Assembly: GCA_964607105.1 (NCBI GenBank)
Contig: CAZSJH010000001.1
Location: 1-51,509, forward strand
DNA length: 51,509 nucleotides
From: an uncultured Rikenellaceae bacterium
GTDB taxonomy: Bacteria > Bacteroidota > Bacteroidia > Bacteroidales > VadinHA17
Direction: 5' to 3'
This document shows, one piece after another, positions 1-8,358 of this stretch. The stretch's first letter is position 1; each line of letters opens with the position of its first letter. Both the position numbers and the translations under genes were made by a program. The notes under the pieces are model-generated. The model was given only the letters and a program-made list of their open reading frames with translations, had not been told where the DNA came from and did not search any database.

Positions 1-2319
1 ATATCGGTCAGATAATTCATCAGCCTTTGGATCGGTGATCATTTTAAAGTTGCTGTACTCACCCGTGGCAATAAATGGCTGACCCCAGTACTGGATGGTC
101 AGGTCAGGAGTTATATTATAAATTACCCTTATAGACATACTCAATACTTTCTGATCGATCTTGCCAAATATGTACCTGCTTTCATCATTAAAACTTCTAT
201 TTGATATATACTGGAATTCATCATAGCGTACAGAATAACTTGGACTAAGTGATATTCTAAGAGTATTTGATGGCCTCATGTTGAGGCTCATGCCGTAGGA
301 ATATGACAAAGATACATCTTCAGCCATACCATTTACGCTACCATACAATGAAGCATATACCTTTTTCCTGCTGTCTGTTGAAACATTTGACCAGAATCTC
401 CATTGATTGGGTAGGTACATTGAAGGACCGCCTCTGAGGAAACTGTTTGATGCGTTCTTTAGTCCGAATCCACCACCTAAACCTGCATACCAGAAATTTT
501 TTAGGTTGGCGTTCACGTTATATTCATATCCTATGCCTGCAAGGTTTCCACCGAAATCATTTGCAATATATACGTCATTATTAAGTCTCAGGCTTCTGAA
601 AATGCTGAATGGTTCAGTAAAGTTATATCCTGTCCACAGTACGTTAAGTATCTGGTCAGCTTCCCTCTGGTATCCCATGTCATTCAGCTCCAGACCCGGA
701 CTTTTCCAGTTTGACATAAGTAAGAAATTCCACTTTCCCCCTATTTTTCCGGCCTGTAATTTACCACCAAAGCCTGAAAGGCTTGTTCTTTCTTCATCCA
801 GTTCGACGTAATCGGCATCCGGTCTCTGATAATACCTGGCTGAAGACATCTGTGTCCTGGTTATTGCTTCTTCCGATCCTTCCACGTGGCTCATGTACAT
901 GCTCATTGACAGCATATAATTTTTTTCTTTGAAGTACTGTTCGAAATCAATTCCTGCTGTTGTGGCATTTTTATGCAGGTAATCCATCCCGGTTCCGTCA
1001 AGTCGTCTTATTGTATTTGTGACTGCACCCCCGAGAATTGAATTCCCCTTGTTGAAATCTTTCTGTACGCGGGCCAGTGAATAATTGGTAAGAGGTTCGA
1101 TTACCTCCGTTGAACCACGGCCTGCACTGTCAATCTTGGCTTTAACCTCGGCTGTTACGCTTTCAATAAAGCCAACTGATAAACCATTCTTTGTTTTTCC
1201 TGTGAGTTTGGCTGCCCCTATTATATTTGTAAATGTTGGCACATCGGCATATTCATGTTCGCCGAGCGATAGATCCCGATGTGGATTTCTTCCTATACGC
1301 CTTGAATAAAACAGGTTGTCATTACCTACATCACCGTCGCCCAATCCTACATTAAAACTTGTTATGTTATTGCCTTCGATAAAGAAAGGTCGTTTCTCCT
1401 CGAAGTATGTTTCAAAGGCAGAAAGGTTAACTTCAGAAGGGTCGGCCTCAACCTGCCCGAAGTCCGGGAAAAGTGTAAGGTCAAGGGTAAGGTTGTTTGT
1501 TACCCCTATCTTGGCATCCAGCCCTGCTTTTAGTTTATAGTCGCTGCCTGTTCTATACGGATTACCATCTTCAGCTTCGTAGGTGCCGTATGAAGCAACG
1601 CCGTAAGGTGTAATATCAAATTGTTTCCTTGGCTCCACTCCTTCAAGGCCACCAAGTTCGCCTATAAGGTGAACAATGCCGGGAGCGTCACGCGGTATTG
1701 CCGGCCAGAAACTCATTTCCTGATGCCTGAAAATCTGGCGTGCTACTATCATTCCCCATACTTCATCAGAACTTTTTTTAAACCTCATCTGGGTAAAAGG
1801 TATCTTTAGTTCTGCTGCCCAGCCCCAGTCATGGATATTTGTTTTTGCCAGCCAGATGGGATCCCAGGTGGTATCTTCGTTCTGACCGTCGTTCGACATT
1901 ATCATATCAAACCTTACACCTGCGGAACTTACTCCATAGACAAAAAGGGTGCGCAGATCATGATAACTGTCGAATCCAATAAAAACTATATCACCCTCAC
2001 CATTATCCCTGCGGCTCATCCTGTTTGTAATACTGTCAGGGGATGAGTCATAAGCCTTTATGGCTATATACATATTAACGTCGTCAAAGCAAATTTTAAA
2101 TTCAGTAGGTTGTGAAGGGGGGCGGTTCTCATATGGTTCATGCTGAATCAGGCCACCTTCCCAGTGATTTTGCAGCCAGGCCTCATCGTCAAGATTACCG
2201 TCAATAGACGGAGCATTCTCAATGCGCACGGCCTCATAATATTTCTTTTTTGAATCCTGGCTGTTTGCATTTAGAAAAAGCCCTGCAAACAGCAGGAGCA
2301 CTAGTGTCAGGTTCTTCAT
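1..2319 (-). CDS. DUF5916 / CBM9-like domain protein, secreted; C-terminus lies beyond the left edge
   Basis: Absent from the ORF track because there is no stop codon inside the window. My reverse-complement read from ATG 2319..2317 gives MKNLTLVLLLFAGLFLNANSQ (signal peptide) and stays open for 773 codons to position 1. DLTLFPDFGQVEADPSEVNLSAFETYFEEKRPFF and LFYSRRIGR are typical of the DUF5916 family. The + strand track ORFs 407..2046 are its shadows. Confidence 0.8.
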   Translation of the reverse strand, partial: MKNLTLVLLLFAGLFLNANSQDSKKKYYEAVRIENAPSIDGNLDDEAWLQNHWEGGLIQHEPYENRPPSQPTEFKICFDDVNMYIAIKAYDSSPDSITNRMSRRDNGEGDIVFIGFDSYHDLRTLFVYGVSSAGVRFDMIMSNDGQNEDTTWDPIWLAKTNIHDWGWAAELKIPFTQMRFKKSSDEVWGMIVARQIFRHQEMSFWPAIPRDAPGIVHLIGELGGLEGVEPRKQFDITPYGVASYGTYEAEDGNPYRTGSDYKLKAGLDAKIGVTNNLTLDLTLFPDFGQVEADPSEVNLSAFETYFEEKRPFFIEGNNITSFNVGLGDGDVGNDNLFYSRRIGRNPHRDLSLGEHEYADVPTFTNIIGAAKLTGKTKNGLSVGFIESVTAEVKAKIDSAGRGSTEVIEPLTNYSLARVQKDFNKGNSILGGAVTNTIRRLDGTGMDYLHKNATTAGIDFEQYFKEKNYMLSMSMYMSHVEGSEEAITRTQMSSARYYQRPDADYVELDEERTSLSGFGGKLQAGKIGGKWNFLLMSNWKSPGLELNDMGYQREADQILNVLWTGYNFTEPFSIFRSLRLNNDVYIANDFGGNLAGIGYEYNVNANLKNFWYAGLGGGFGLKNASNSFLRGGPSMYLPNQWRFWSNVSTDSRKKVYASLYGSVNGMAEDVSLSYSYGMSLNMRPSNTLRISLSPSYSVRYDEFQYISNRSFNDESRYIFGKIDQKVLSMSIRVIYNITPDLTIQYWGQPFIATGEYSNFKMITDPKADELSDRY

Positions 2320-2586
2320 ATCAGATAATTTAGTATAACTCATATTAAAAGACGAATAAGTCTACGTTATGTTGCAGCTAAGAACTTCATTAAAATATTT
2401 CTAAATAATAAAAAGCTAATAAACAATATATATAAAAAATAAGCTTCCTGCCAGGATACCGGAATAATGTATTATGACACTGTGACGGGTTAACTTCAAC
2501 GAACCAGCTCCTTATCTTAATTATCCCATGATGCAAATCCCTATGCGCTGTGCTGCATTATGATCAGGGACTCTTCAGGTACTAAT

Positions 2587-3084
2587 CTAATCGTCATATA
2601 ACTGAAGGAATTCATAAGAATTTCCCCGGTGCTCAAGGAAGCGGATAAAATCTTTTCTGGAGATAATCAAAGAAGCAGTGTTATCATTGGGATGAAAGGA
2701 GAGATTATCAAATTCGAGTAATTTCTCATCAATGAAAAGGTGTACATGTTTATCATGATCGTTTATCAGCCCGAAAGGGGAAACCGAGCCCGGGTTTAAG
2801 CCCAGGTATTTTTTTAGTCGTTTTTCTGATGCGAAAGTGAGCTTACCTTGTTTCAGCCTTGATTCAAGGTCTTTCATGTTAAGTTGTCTCAGGTGTTCCA
2901 GTATTACAAGGTAGTGTTTATTGCCTTTATGATTTCGCAGGAATATATTTTTGCATCTTCCTGAATCGTAATTTTTCCAGTATCTGGTTGCTTCCTCTAT
3001 TGTATTAACAGGGGGATGTTGTCGGTAATGATATGGGATATCAAGTTTATCGAGCAGAATGTAGAGTTCTTTTTGACCCCTCAT
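2587..3084 (-). CDS. YbaK/ProX-type aminoacyl-tRNA editing (deacylase) domain protein
   Basis: 165 aa. Length and pattern (KNIFLRN..K...YLVIL, LTFASEKRLKKYLGLNPGSVSPFGLIND, FHPNDNTASL) match the prolyl-tRNA synthetase-associated editing domain family. Confidence 0.8.
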   Translation of the reverse strand: MRGQKELYILLDKLDIPYHYRQHPPVNTIEEATRYWKNYDSGRCKNIFLRNHKGNKHYLVILEHLRQLNMKDLESRLKQGKLTFASEKRLKKYLGLNPGSVSPFGLINDHDKHVHLFIDEKLLEFDNLSFHPNDNTASLIISRKDFIRFLEHRGNSYEFLQLYDD

Positions 3085-3090
3085 TATTTA

Positions 3091-3495
3091 TTACTGTCTT
3101 TTGATATACTCAAAATCTATTTCTGCAAGGATGGAAAGGTCTTCACCGGCTTCCAGTGAATCTGTATCAGCCGGGTCATATGTCCATGAGATAATCGCTG
3201 GTATGCCATCTTCTTTTATTGATTTAATTATCATCACCATATCATAGAGGAATATAGCCGAAGAGGAATTGAAATATTCAAGGTCGAGTTTCAGTACCAG
3301 GGGCTTGTCTTCAGTATATGATGACTTATCTGTTTTTAGCTTATCCCTGTAATCAGAAAGCCAATTAATTGCTGGTTCATATGTGGCCCTTACGTTTTCC
3401 GGGCTGCTCATACCGGATATCCTGAATATATTTTCATCATGGGATAAAGTAATTTCCGGATCAATGTCTGAGGGGGGTTGATATAATTTCTGCAT
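3091..3495 (-). CDS. DUF1987 (SiaC-like) small regulatory protein
   Basis: The track ORF begins at a TTG (3525); I prefer ATG 3495 (MQKLYQPPSDIDPEITL). ISGMSSPENVRATYEPAINWL, LDLEYFNSSSAIFLYDM and ISWTYDPADTDSLEAGEDL follow the DUF1987 pattern. It lies 6 nt upstream of the editing-domain gene. Confidence 0.65.
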   Translation of the reverse strand: MQKLYQPPSDIDPEITLSHDENIFRISGMSSPENVRATYEPAINWLSDYRDKLKTDKSSYTEDKPLVLKLDLEYFNSSSAIFLYDMVMIIKSIKEDGIPAIISWTYDPADTDSLEAGEDLSILAEIDFEYIKRQ

Positions 3496-3545
3496 TTTTT
3501 CAGTTTTGTTTATGCAAATATGCAATTTTACTTTGTTGCTGTCAA

Positions 3546-4034
3546 TTATTCTTTATCGAAGAGTTTTCCCCCGTCACTTTCTGCGAGGTAGCCCTTGTCT
3601 TCTAATAGTATGTTCTTTTCTGATGCCTCCACCGCCAGCCTGTCACATCTTTCATTACCTTCAATGCCACTATGTCCTTCCACCCATTTGAAAATCACAT
3701 TGTGCTGGCGGTATATTTTGAGGAAGTGCTTCCAGAGGTCTGCATTCTTCTTTTTCCGGAATGATTTTCTTTCCCACTGGAAAACCCAGCCTTTATTTAC
3801 GGCATCGGCAATATACTTTGAGTCGGTATATATAACAACATCTGATCCTTTGAATTTCAGTGCTTCCAGTCCTTTTATCACTGCCAGGAGTTCCATCCTG
3901 TTATTGGTAGTCAGCTTATAGCCTTCCGACAGCTCTTTCTTGTGTTTATCTGTCTGCAGCACCACCCCGTATCCTCCAGGTCCGGGATTCCCCTTTGCGG
4001 CACCATCGGTAAATATTGTAATTTTATTACTCAT
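3546..4034 (-). CDS. rnhA: ribonuclease HI
   Basis: 162 aa. IFTDGAAKGNPGPGGYGVVL, TNNRMELLAVIKGLEAL, VEGHSGIEGNERCDRLA are classic RNase H motifs. Confidence 0.95.
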   Translation of the reverse strand: MSNKITIFTDGAAKGNPGPGGYGVVLQTDKHKKELSEGYKLTTNNRMELLAVIKGLEALKFKGSDVVIYTDSKYIADAVNKGWVFQWERKSFRKKKNADLWKHFLKIYRQHNVIFKWVEGHSGIEGNERCDRLAVEASEKNILLEDKGYLAESDGGKLFDKE

Positions 4035-4039
4035 TTAAT

Positions 4040-4630
4040 TTAAGCAGGCAGGATAATTCCTGTATTTGTTATAAATAATTTAACCGCTATTGCAAGCAGA
4101 ATAATACCAAAAATTTTCCTCATTATATGAATTCCTGATGGTCCGAGTATACGTTCAACAGTTGAGGCCAACCTTATAACCAGGAATACAAGTATCATAT
4201 TTACTATAAGTGCAATAAGTATATTTATGGGGGCATATTCAGCCTTAATAGACAGTATTGTAGTGATGGATCCGGCTCCTGCGATCAGGGGGAAAGCAAT
4301 TGGAACGACCGTGCCTCCGCCCGGCGAGTCATGCTTGAACAGTTCAATGCCCAGCACCATCTCAAGGCCGAGAAGAAGGATTACTATTGACCCTGCTATT
4401 GCAAAAGATGATATATCAACTCCAAAAAGTGCCAGCAGGGGCTCACCTGCAAAAAAGAACATCAGGAATATAACAAAAGCCACCAGGCTTGCTTTAACCG
4501 CCCCAACTTCACCTGCTTTCGATTTAATGTCCAGTATTATGGGTACAGATCCGAAAATATCGATTATTGCAAACAATACCATAAAAGCAGCCACCAATTC
4601 TTTAAGACTAAAATTTTCCAGGAATTCCAT
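4040..4630 (-). CDS. MarC family (UPF0056) integral membrane protein
   Basis: 196 aa, about 6 hydrophobic helices. N-terminal FMVLFAIIDIFGSVPI and PLIAGAGSITT motifs fit MarC. 5 nt upstream of rnhA, so marC-rnhA-DUF1987-editing domain looks like one operon. Confidence 0.8.
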   Translation of the reverse strand: MEFLENFSLKELVAAFMVLFAIIDIFGSVPIILDIKSKAGEVGAVKASLVAFVIFLMFFFAGEPLLALFGVDISSFAIAGSIVILLLGLEMVLGIELFKHDSPGGGTVVPIAFPLIAGAGSITTILSIKAEYAPINILIALIVNMILVFLVIRLASTVERILGPSGIHIMRKIFGIILLAIAVKLFITNTGIILPA

Positions 4631-4679
4631 AAGACATCTATATTAAGGTGTAAAGATATACGACAAAAGACAAAAGACG

Positions 4680-4709
4680 AAAGGCAAAAGATTTTTATCT
4701 TTTGCCTTT
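4680..4709 (-). terminator. rho-independent terminator of the S46 peptidase gene
   Basis: Perfect 13-bp stem aaaggcaaaagat (4680..4692) / atcttttgccttt (4697..4709) with a 4-nt loop. On the - strand it is followed by CGTCTTTTGTCTTTTG. Confidence 0.6.
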
Positions 4710-4754
4710 GTCGTAAGCCGTTCATCGTTAGTCGTTAGTCTTTTGTCTTTCTTA

Positions 4755-6902
4755 TTAACGTACATCCATTTCTTCCACCAGGTGACCGGCGCCGGCATAG
4801 ATATCCATTATCCAGAGCACGTATCTTATATCGACACTTATACATCTCTGAAGATCAGGTTCAAAGGCTACATCACCACTCATTGCTTCCCAGTTGCCGT
4901 CGAAAGCAAGACCTATCAGTTCACCTTTTCCATTTATTACCGGACTTCCCGAGTTGCCTCCCGTTATATCACAGTTGGTCAGGAAACATATTGGCATATG
5001 TCCGGCCGGATCAGCGTACTTTCCGAATTTCTTTTGCTCATAAAGTTCTATGAGGCGGTCAGGAAGGTCAAATTCATAATCACCTGGTACATATTTTTCC
5101 ATTACGCCTTCCATAGTTGTGTAGTACTTGTAAATAACCGCATCTTTAGGCTGGTATGGAAGCACAGAGCCATAGGTGAGGCGTATTGTAAAATTGGCAT
5201 CGGGATATAATACCAGTTCGGGATCCATTTCCCTGAGGCCGGCAATATATAGGCGTCTACCTTTCTCGAGCTTTGTATCGAAATCACCCAACTTCTGCAT
5301 AAGATCGCGGTAAACCATCATAAGGTCCATTCCGTTTTTCAGTGCCGGATCGGTCTCAAGCTTTTCAGCATCCAGATCAGTAAGGAAACTCATTAATTTC
5401 TCTTCGGTAGTGAATATTGAATTATCAAACATATAATCGACGTATTTATCCACATCGCCACCGAATTGTTGATCTATCTGTTCCACGAAATCAGGCCAGA
5501 ATACAGGGTCAATATCCTCCTTAAAGACCTTTATCATTGCTTTTGTTGCCTTACGGTCGGTAGGAGGGTTATAGTTTTTATAGAATCCTTCAGTTCTTTG
5601 TTTTAGCCTGACTACTGCTTCATTTATTGCTTCTTCATCATCACTGGACAGTGCAGATATTAAGCCCTGTGCATTACGGGCCACTGATGGCAGCTCGGTA
5701 CCCCGCATCAGGCATTCGCCCAGATACTGCTGGGCATTGTAGTAATCTGTCCTTCCTTCAATTGATGACTTGATAAGTTCCAGTGCATCACCGTATTTTT
5801 CCTGTCTTTCACTGTTTTTATTGACCCACTCGGTGAACCTGGTCTCCAGTTTTTCTTTCTTACCTTTGACATTTAGTCTTTCAAGTCCCTGTTTCTGCCC
5901 TATTGAAAATTTCCAGTAATTGGATGATCCTGAATATTTTGAAGCATACTGTATATTCACCTTTGGATCGGCCATCATATCGGCCATCAGTATCTCCTGC
6001 CGTATGCCACGTATTTTAATCCTGTTAGGATGCGTAATTGACAGAACTTCATCAATACCGTATGATGTCATGTACCTCTGTGTACCTCCCGGATAGCCCA
6101 GTATCATTGCAAAGTCGTCTTCATCAACACCTTTGGCTGAAACAGGGAGGTAATACCTTGGTTTCAGGGGGACATTTTCTTCGGAATATTCTGCAGGTTT
6201 GCCATCGGGGCCCATATAAACGCGGAATACACTGAAATCGCCAGTATGACGCGGCCATTCCCAGTTATCTGTATCATGCCCGAATTTGCCTATTGATGAA
6301 GGAGGTGCACCTACAAGCCTTACATCATTGTATCTTTCATAAACAAGAAGGTAAAAGTTATTACCTCCGAAGAATGAATTTACATTGGCACGATAATGAT
6401 TGTCTTTGGTTGTTTCAATTACTATTTCCTGTCGCACCCCGTTTATTAGATCAGCTCTTTCTTCTTCGGTCATATCGCTTGTGACATCCTTGAGGACGCG
6501 GTCAGTAACATCCTCAATTCTCACAAGGAATGTTACACTCAGGCCCGGGTTGGCCAGTTCTTCATCTTTTGACATAGCCCAGAACCCGTCTTTCAGGTAA
6601 TCATGTTCAACCGTACTGTGTGACTGTATAGTACCGTAACCACAGTGGTGATTAGTAAGGAGCAAGCCCTGGTCAGAAACAATTTCGGCAGTGCATCCAC
6701 CACCGAAAATAACTATTGCATCTTTTATCGAGGGTTGGTTCAGGCTGTAAATCTCCTCGGCACTCAGCTCAAGTCCAAGTTCGGTCATCTTGCCCATATT
6801 CAGCTGTTCAAGAAGTGGAAGGAGCCACATTCCTTCGTCAGCCCTGAGGCTCATATTCAGTGTGAGAATAAGAGCAATAAATATTGATAATAGTCTTTTC
6901 AT
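4755..6902 (-). CDS. S46 family dipeptidyl-peptidase (DPP7/DPP11-like), secreted
   Basis: 715 aa. Signal peptide, then ADEGMWLLP, catalytic-His context LLLTNHHCGYG and catalytic-Ser context TGGNSGSPVINGKGELIGLAFDGNWE. Confidence 0.9.
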   Translation of the reverse strand: MKRLLSIFIALILTLNMSLRADEGMWLLPLLEQLNMGKMTELGLELSAEEIYSLNQPSIKDAIVIFGGGCTAEIVSDQGLLLTNHHCGYGTIQSHSTVEHDYLKDGFWAMSKDEELANPGLSVTFLVRIEDVTDRVLKDVTSDMTEEERADLINGVRQEIVIETTKDNHYRANVNSFFGGNNFYLLVYERYNDVRLVGAPPSSIGKFGHDTDNWEWPRHTGDFSVFRVYMGPDGKPAEYSEENVPLKPRYYLPVSAKGVDEDDFAMILGYPGGTQRYMTSYGIDEVLSITHPNRIKIRGIRQEILMADMMADPKVNIQYASKYSGSSNYWKFSIGQKQGLERLNVKGKKEKLETRFTEWVNKNSERQEKYGDALELIKSSIEGRTDYYNAQQYLGECLMRGTELPSVARNAQGLISALSSDDEEAINEAVVRLKQRTEGFYKNYNPPTDRKATKAMIKVFKEDIDPVFWPDFVEQIDQQFGGDVDKYVDYMFDNSIFTTEEKLMSFLTDLDAEKLETDPALKNGMDLMMVYRDLMQKLGDFDTKLEKGRRLYIAGLREMDPELVLYPDANFTIRLTYGSVLPYQPKDAVIYKYYTTMEGVMEKYVPGDYEFDLPDRLIELYEQKKFGKYADPAGHMPICFLTNCDITGGNSGSPVINGKGELIGLAFDGNWEAMSGDVAFEPDLQRCISVDIRYVLWIMDIYAGAGHLVEEMDVR

Positions 6903-6937
6903 GGAATTTATTTTTTAGTGTTTGAAATTTTAAACTT

Positions 6938-6945
6938 CAAATATA
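6938..6945 (-). promoter_or_regulatory. -7 box (TATATTTG on - strand) for the S46 peptidase gene
   Basis: The + strand reads caaatata, a perfect TAnnTTTG on the - strand, about 35 nt upstream of ATG 6902. Confidence 0.45.
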
Positions 6946-6979
6946 CTATTTTATAATCTTAATGATCAAGACTCTTTTC

Positions 6980-7576
6980 CTAAAAGAGGTCCATCTGTGA
7001 ATCTCCCAGGTTAAATGTTTTACGGTGATAGGGGGTAACTCCGTATTTGTCAATAGCTTCTTTGTGTTCGGGGGTTGGGTATCCCTTATTATTTTTCCAG
7101 CCATACTGTGGATATTCATCATGTAGCTTGTTCATATATTCATCACGGTATGTTTTTGCCAGGATCGATGCTGCTGCAATAGACATAAACTTGCTGTCGC
7201 CTTCAACAATGGTTTTGAATGGTATATCTTTAAATGGTATGAAATAATTGCCGTCAACAAGTAAAAATTCTGGTTTCCTGCTTAACCCTTCGATGGCAAT
7301 GTGCATTGCTTTATATGTTGCCCTGAGAATATTAATATGGTCAATTTCATTATTATCAACCATTGCAACATTCCAGGATAAGGCCTTTTCACTTATCTCT
7401 TTCCTGAGGGTTTCACGTATGGAAGGCGATAGTTTTTTGGAATCGTTAAGTATCTCGTTTCTGTAGCGTCTGGACAGGATAACAGCTGCAGCCACAACAG
7501 GGCCGGCAAGCGCTCCCCTGCCTGCCTCATCGCACCCGGCTTCTGTTAATCGACGGCTAAAAAATGATCTTAGCAT
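6980..7576 (-). CDS. rnhB: ribonuclease HII
   Basis: 198 aa. GCDEAGRGALAGPVVAAAV, VDGN, DSKFMSIAAASILAK are RNase HII motifs. Confidence 0.95.
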   Translation of the reverse strand: MLRSFFSRRLTEAGCDEAGRGALAGPVVAAAVILSRRYRNEILNDSKKLSPSIRETLRKEISEKALSWNVAMVDNNEIDHINILRATYKAMHIAIEGLSRKPEFLLVDGNYFIPFKDIPFKTIVEGDSKFMSIAAASILAKTYRDEYMNKLHDEYPQYGWKNNKGYPTPEHKEAIDKYGVTPYHRKTFNLGDSQMDLF

Positions 7577-7790
7577 ATCTTTAAGCTTTAAATGATTTTC
7601 TATTAATTGTCTGTAATGAAATGTGGAATCATATATTACTCTATGGTATAAGTAAAACCAGAAATTAAATGTATGAATTGTACGCTCAAAAAAAGAAAAA
7701 AAATACAGGTCTTTTTAAACCAATTTGTTAAAAACCCTGTGAAAATGAGTCACTTTTTTGTTTAAAAGTTGTAAATAGGCCTGTTAATTA

Positions 7791-7820
7791 TTTGTTAATA
7801 AATATTTTTTTCTATTTTTG
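7791..7820 (+). promoter_or_regulatory. Bacteroidota sigma-A type promoter (-33 TTTG, -7 TATTTTTG) for 7846..9648
   Basis: TTTG at 7791..7794, 18 nt spacer, perfect TAnnTTTG at 7813..7820, 26 nt before ATG 7846. Confidence 0.5.
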
Positions 7821-7845
7821 ATATCCTTTATTTATTCTAAAAACA

Positions 7846-8346
7846 ATGCATTATAGGGGGAATATAATATTGTTTTTGTTAATGCCTGTTGTATCCGCTT
7901 GCTTTGCCCAGGATGTTTCACATCAGGTAATAGTACCATGGGCAACTATAGCTGACGTGAGTGATTATAATATAAATCAGACAGTTGGAGAATCGATAGT
8001 TGAGGTATTGGATGGCAATGATTATTTTCTTACCCAGGGATTTCACCAGCCGAGAATACACCTTACAGGCCAGTCTCAGATAGATGACAAGTGGATAGAG
8101 GTTTATCCGAATCCTGTCATAGATTTTCTTAACATAGAATTCTCACGATATGAATCAACTGATTTTGAGGTCATCATTTTCGGACTCAACGGGACATTAT
8201 ATTACCAACAGGAGATTTCTTGCGGTAGATATAGCTGGAAAACAGAGGCAATTAATTTGAGTAAATATAAGCGGGGAATGTATTTTCTACGTATCCGCTC
8301 ACTTGATAACAGGGTTTCACGCTTGTTTAAAATTGAAAAAATGTAG
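7846..8346 (+). CDS. small secreted protein with T9SS type A C-terminal sorting domain
   Basis: 166 aa. Signal peptide ending CFAQ. The C-terminal ~85 aa (VYPNPVIDFLNIEF ... GMYFLRIRS ... FKIEK) has the Por secretion tail pattern. Confidence 0.7.
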   Translation: MHYRGNIILFLLMPVVSACFAQDVSHQVIVPWATIADVSDYNINQTVGESIVEVLDGNDYFLTQGFHQPRIHLTGQSQIDDKWIEVYPNPVIDFLNIEFSRYESTDFEVIIFGLNGTLYYQQEISCGRYSWKTEAINLSKYKRGMYFLRIRSLDNRVSRLFKIEKM

Positions 8347-8358
8347 GGAGGCTGACGT

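Noticed and set aside
407-2046. Five short + strand ORFs (62-134 aa) at the left end
   Set aside because: All lie inside the uninterrupted 773-codon - strand DUF5916 reading frame. Their translations are low-complexity and have no recognisable motifs.
2320-2586. 267-nt gap checked for tRNA, SRP, 6S-like or other RNA genes
   Set aside because: I could fold no cloverleaf or extended conserved stem by eye. The region is AT-rich with only weak imperfect palindromes, so it is most simply the promoter/5' region of the DUF5916 gene. A covariance-model scan would be needed to exclude an ncRNA.
7724-7798. Three TTTGTTAA-like iterations in the rnhB / 7846 divergent region as a regulator-binding array
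   Set aside because: The region is very AT-rich and the motif overlaps the generic -33 TTTG consensus. I could not distinguish it from chance without genome-wide statistics.
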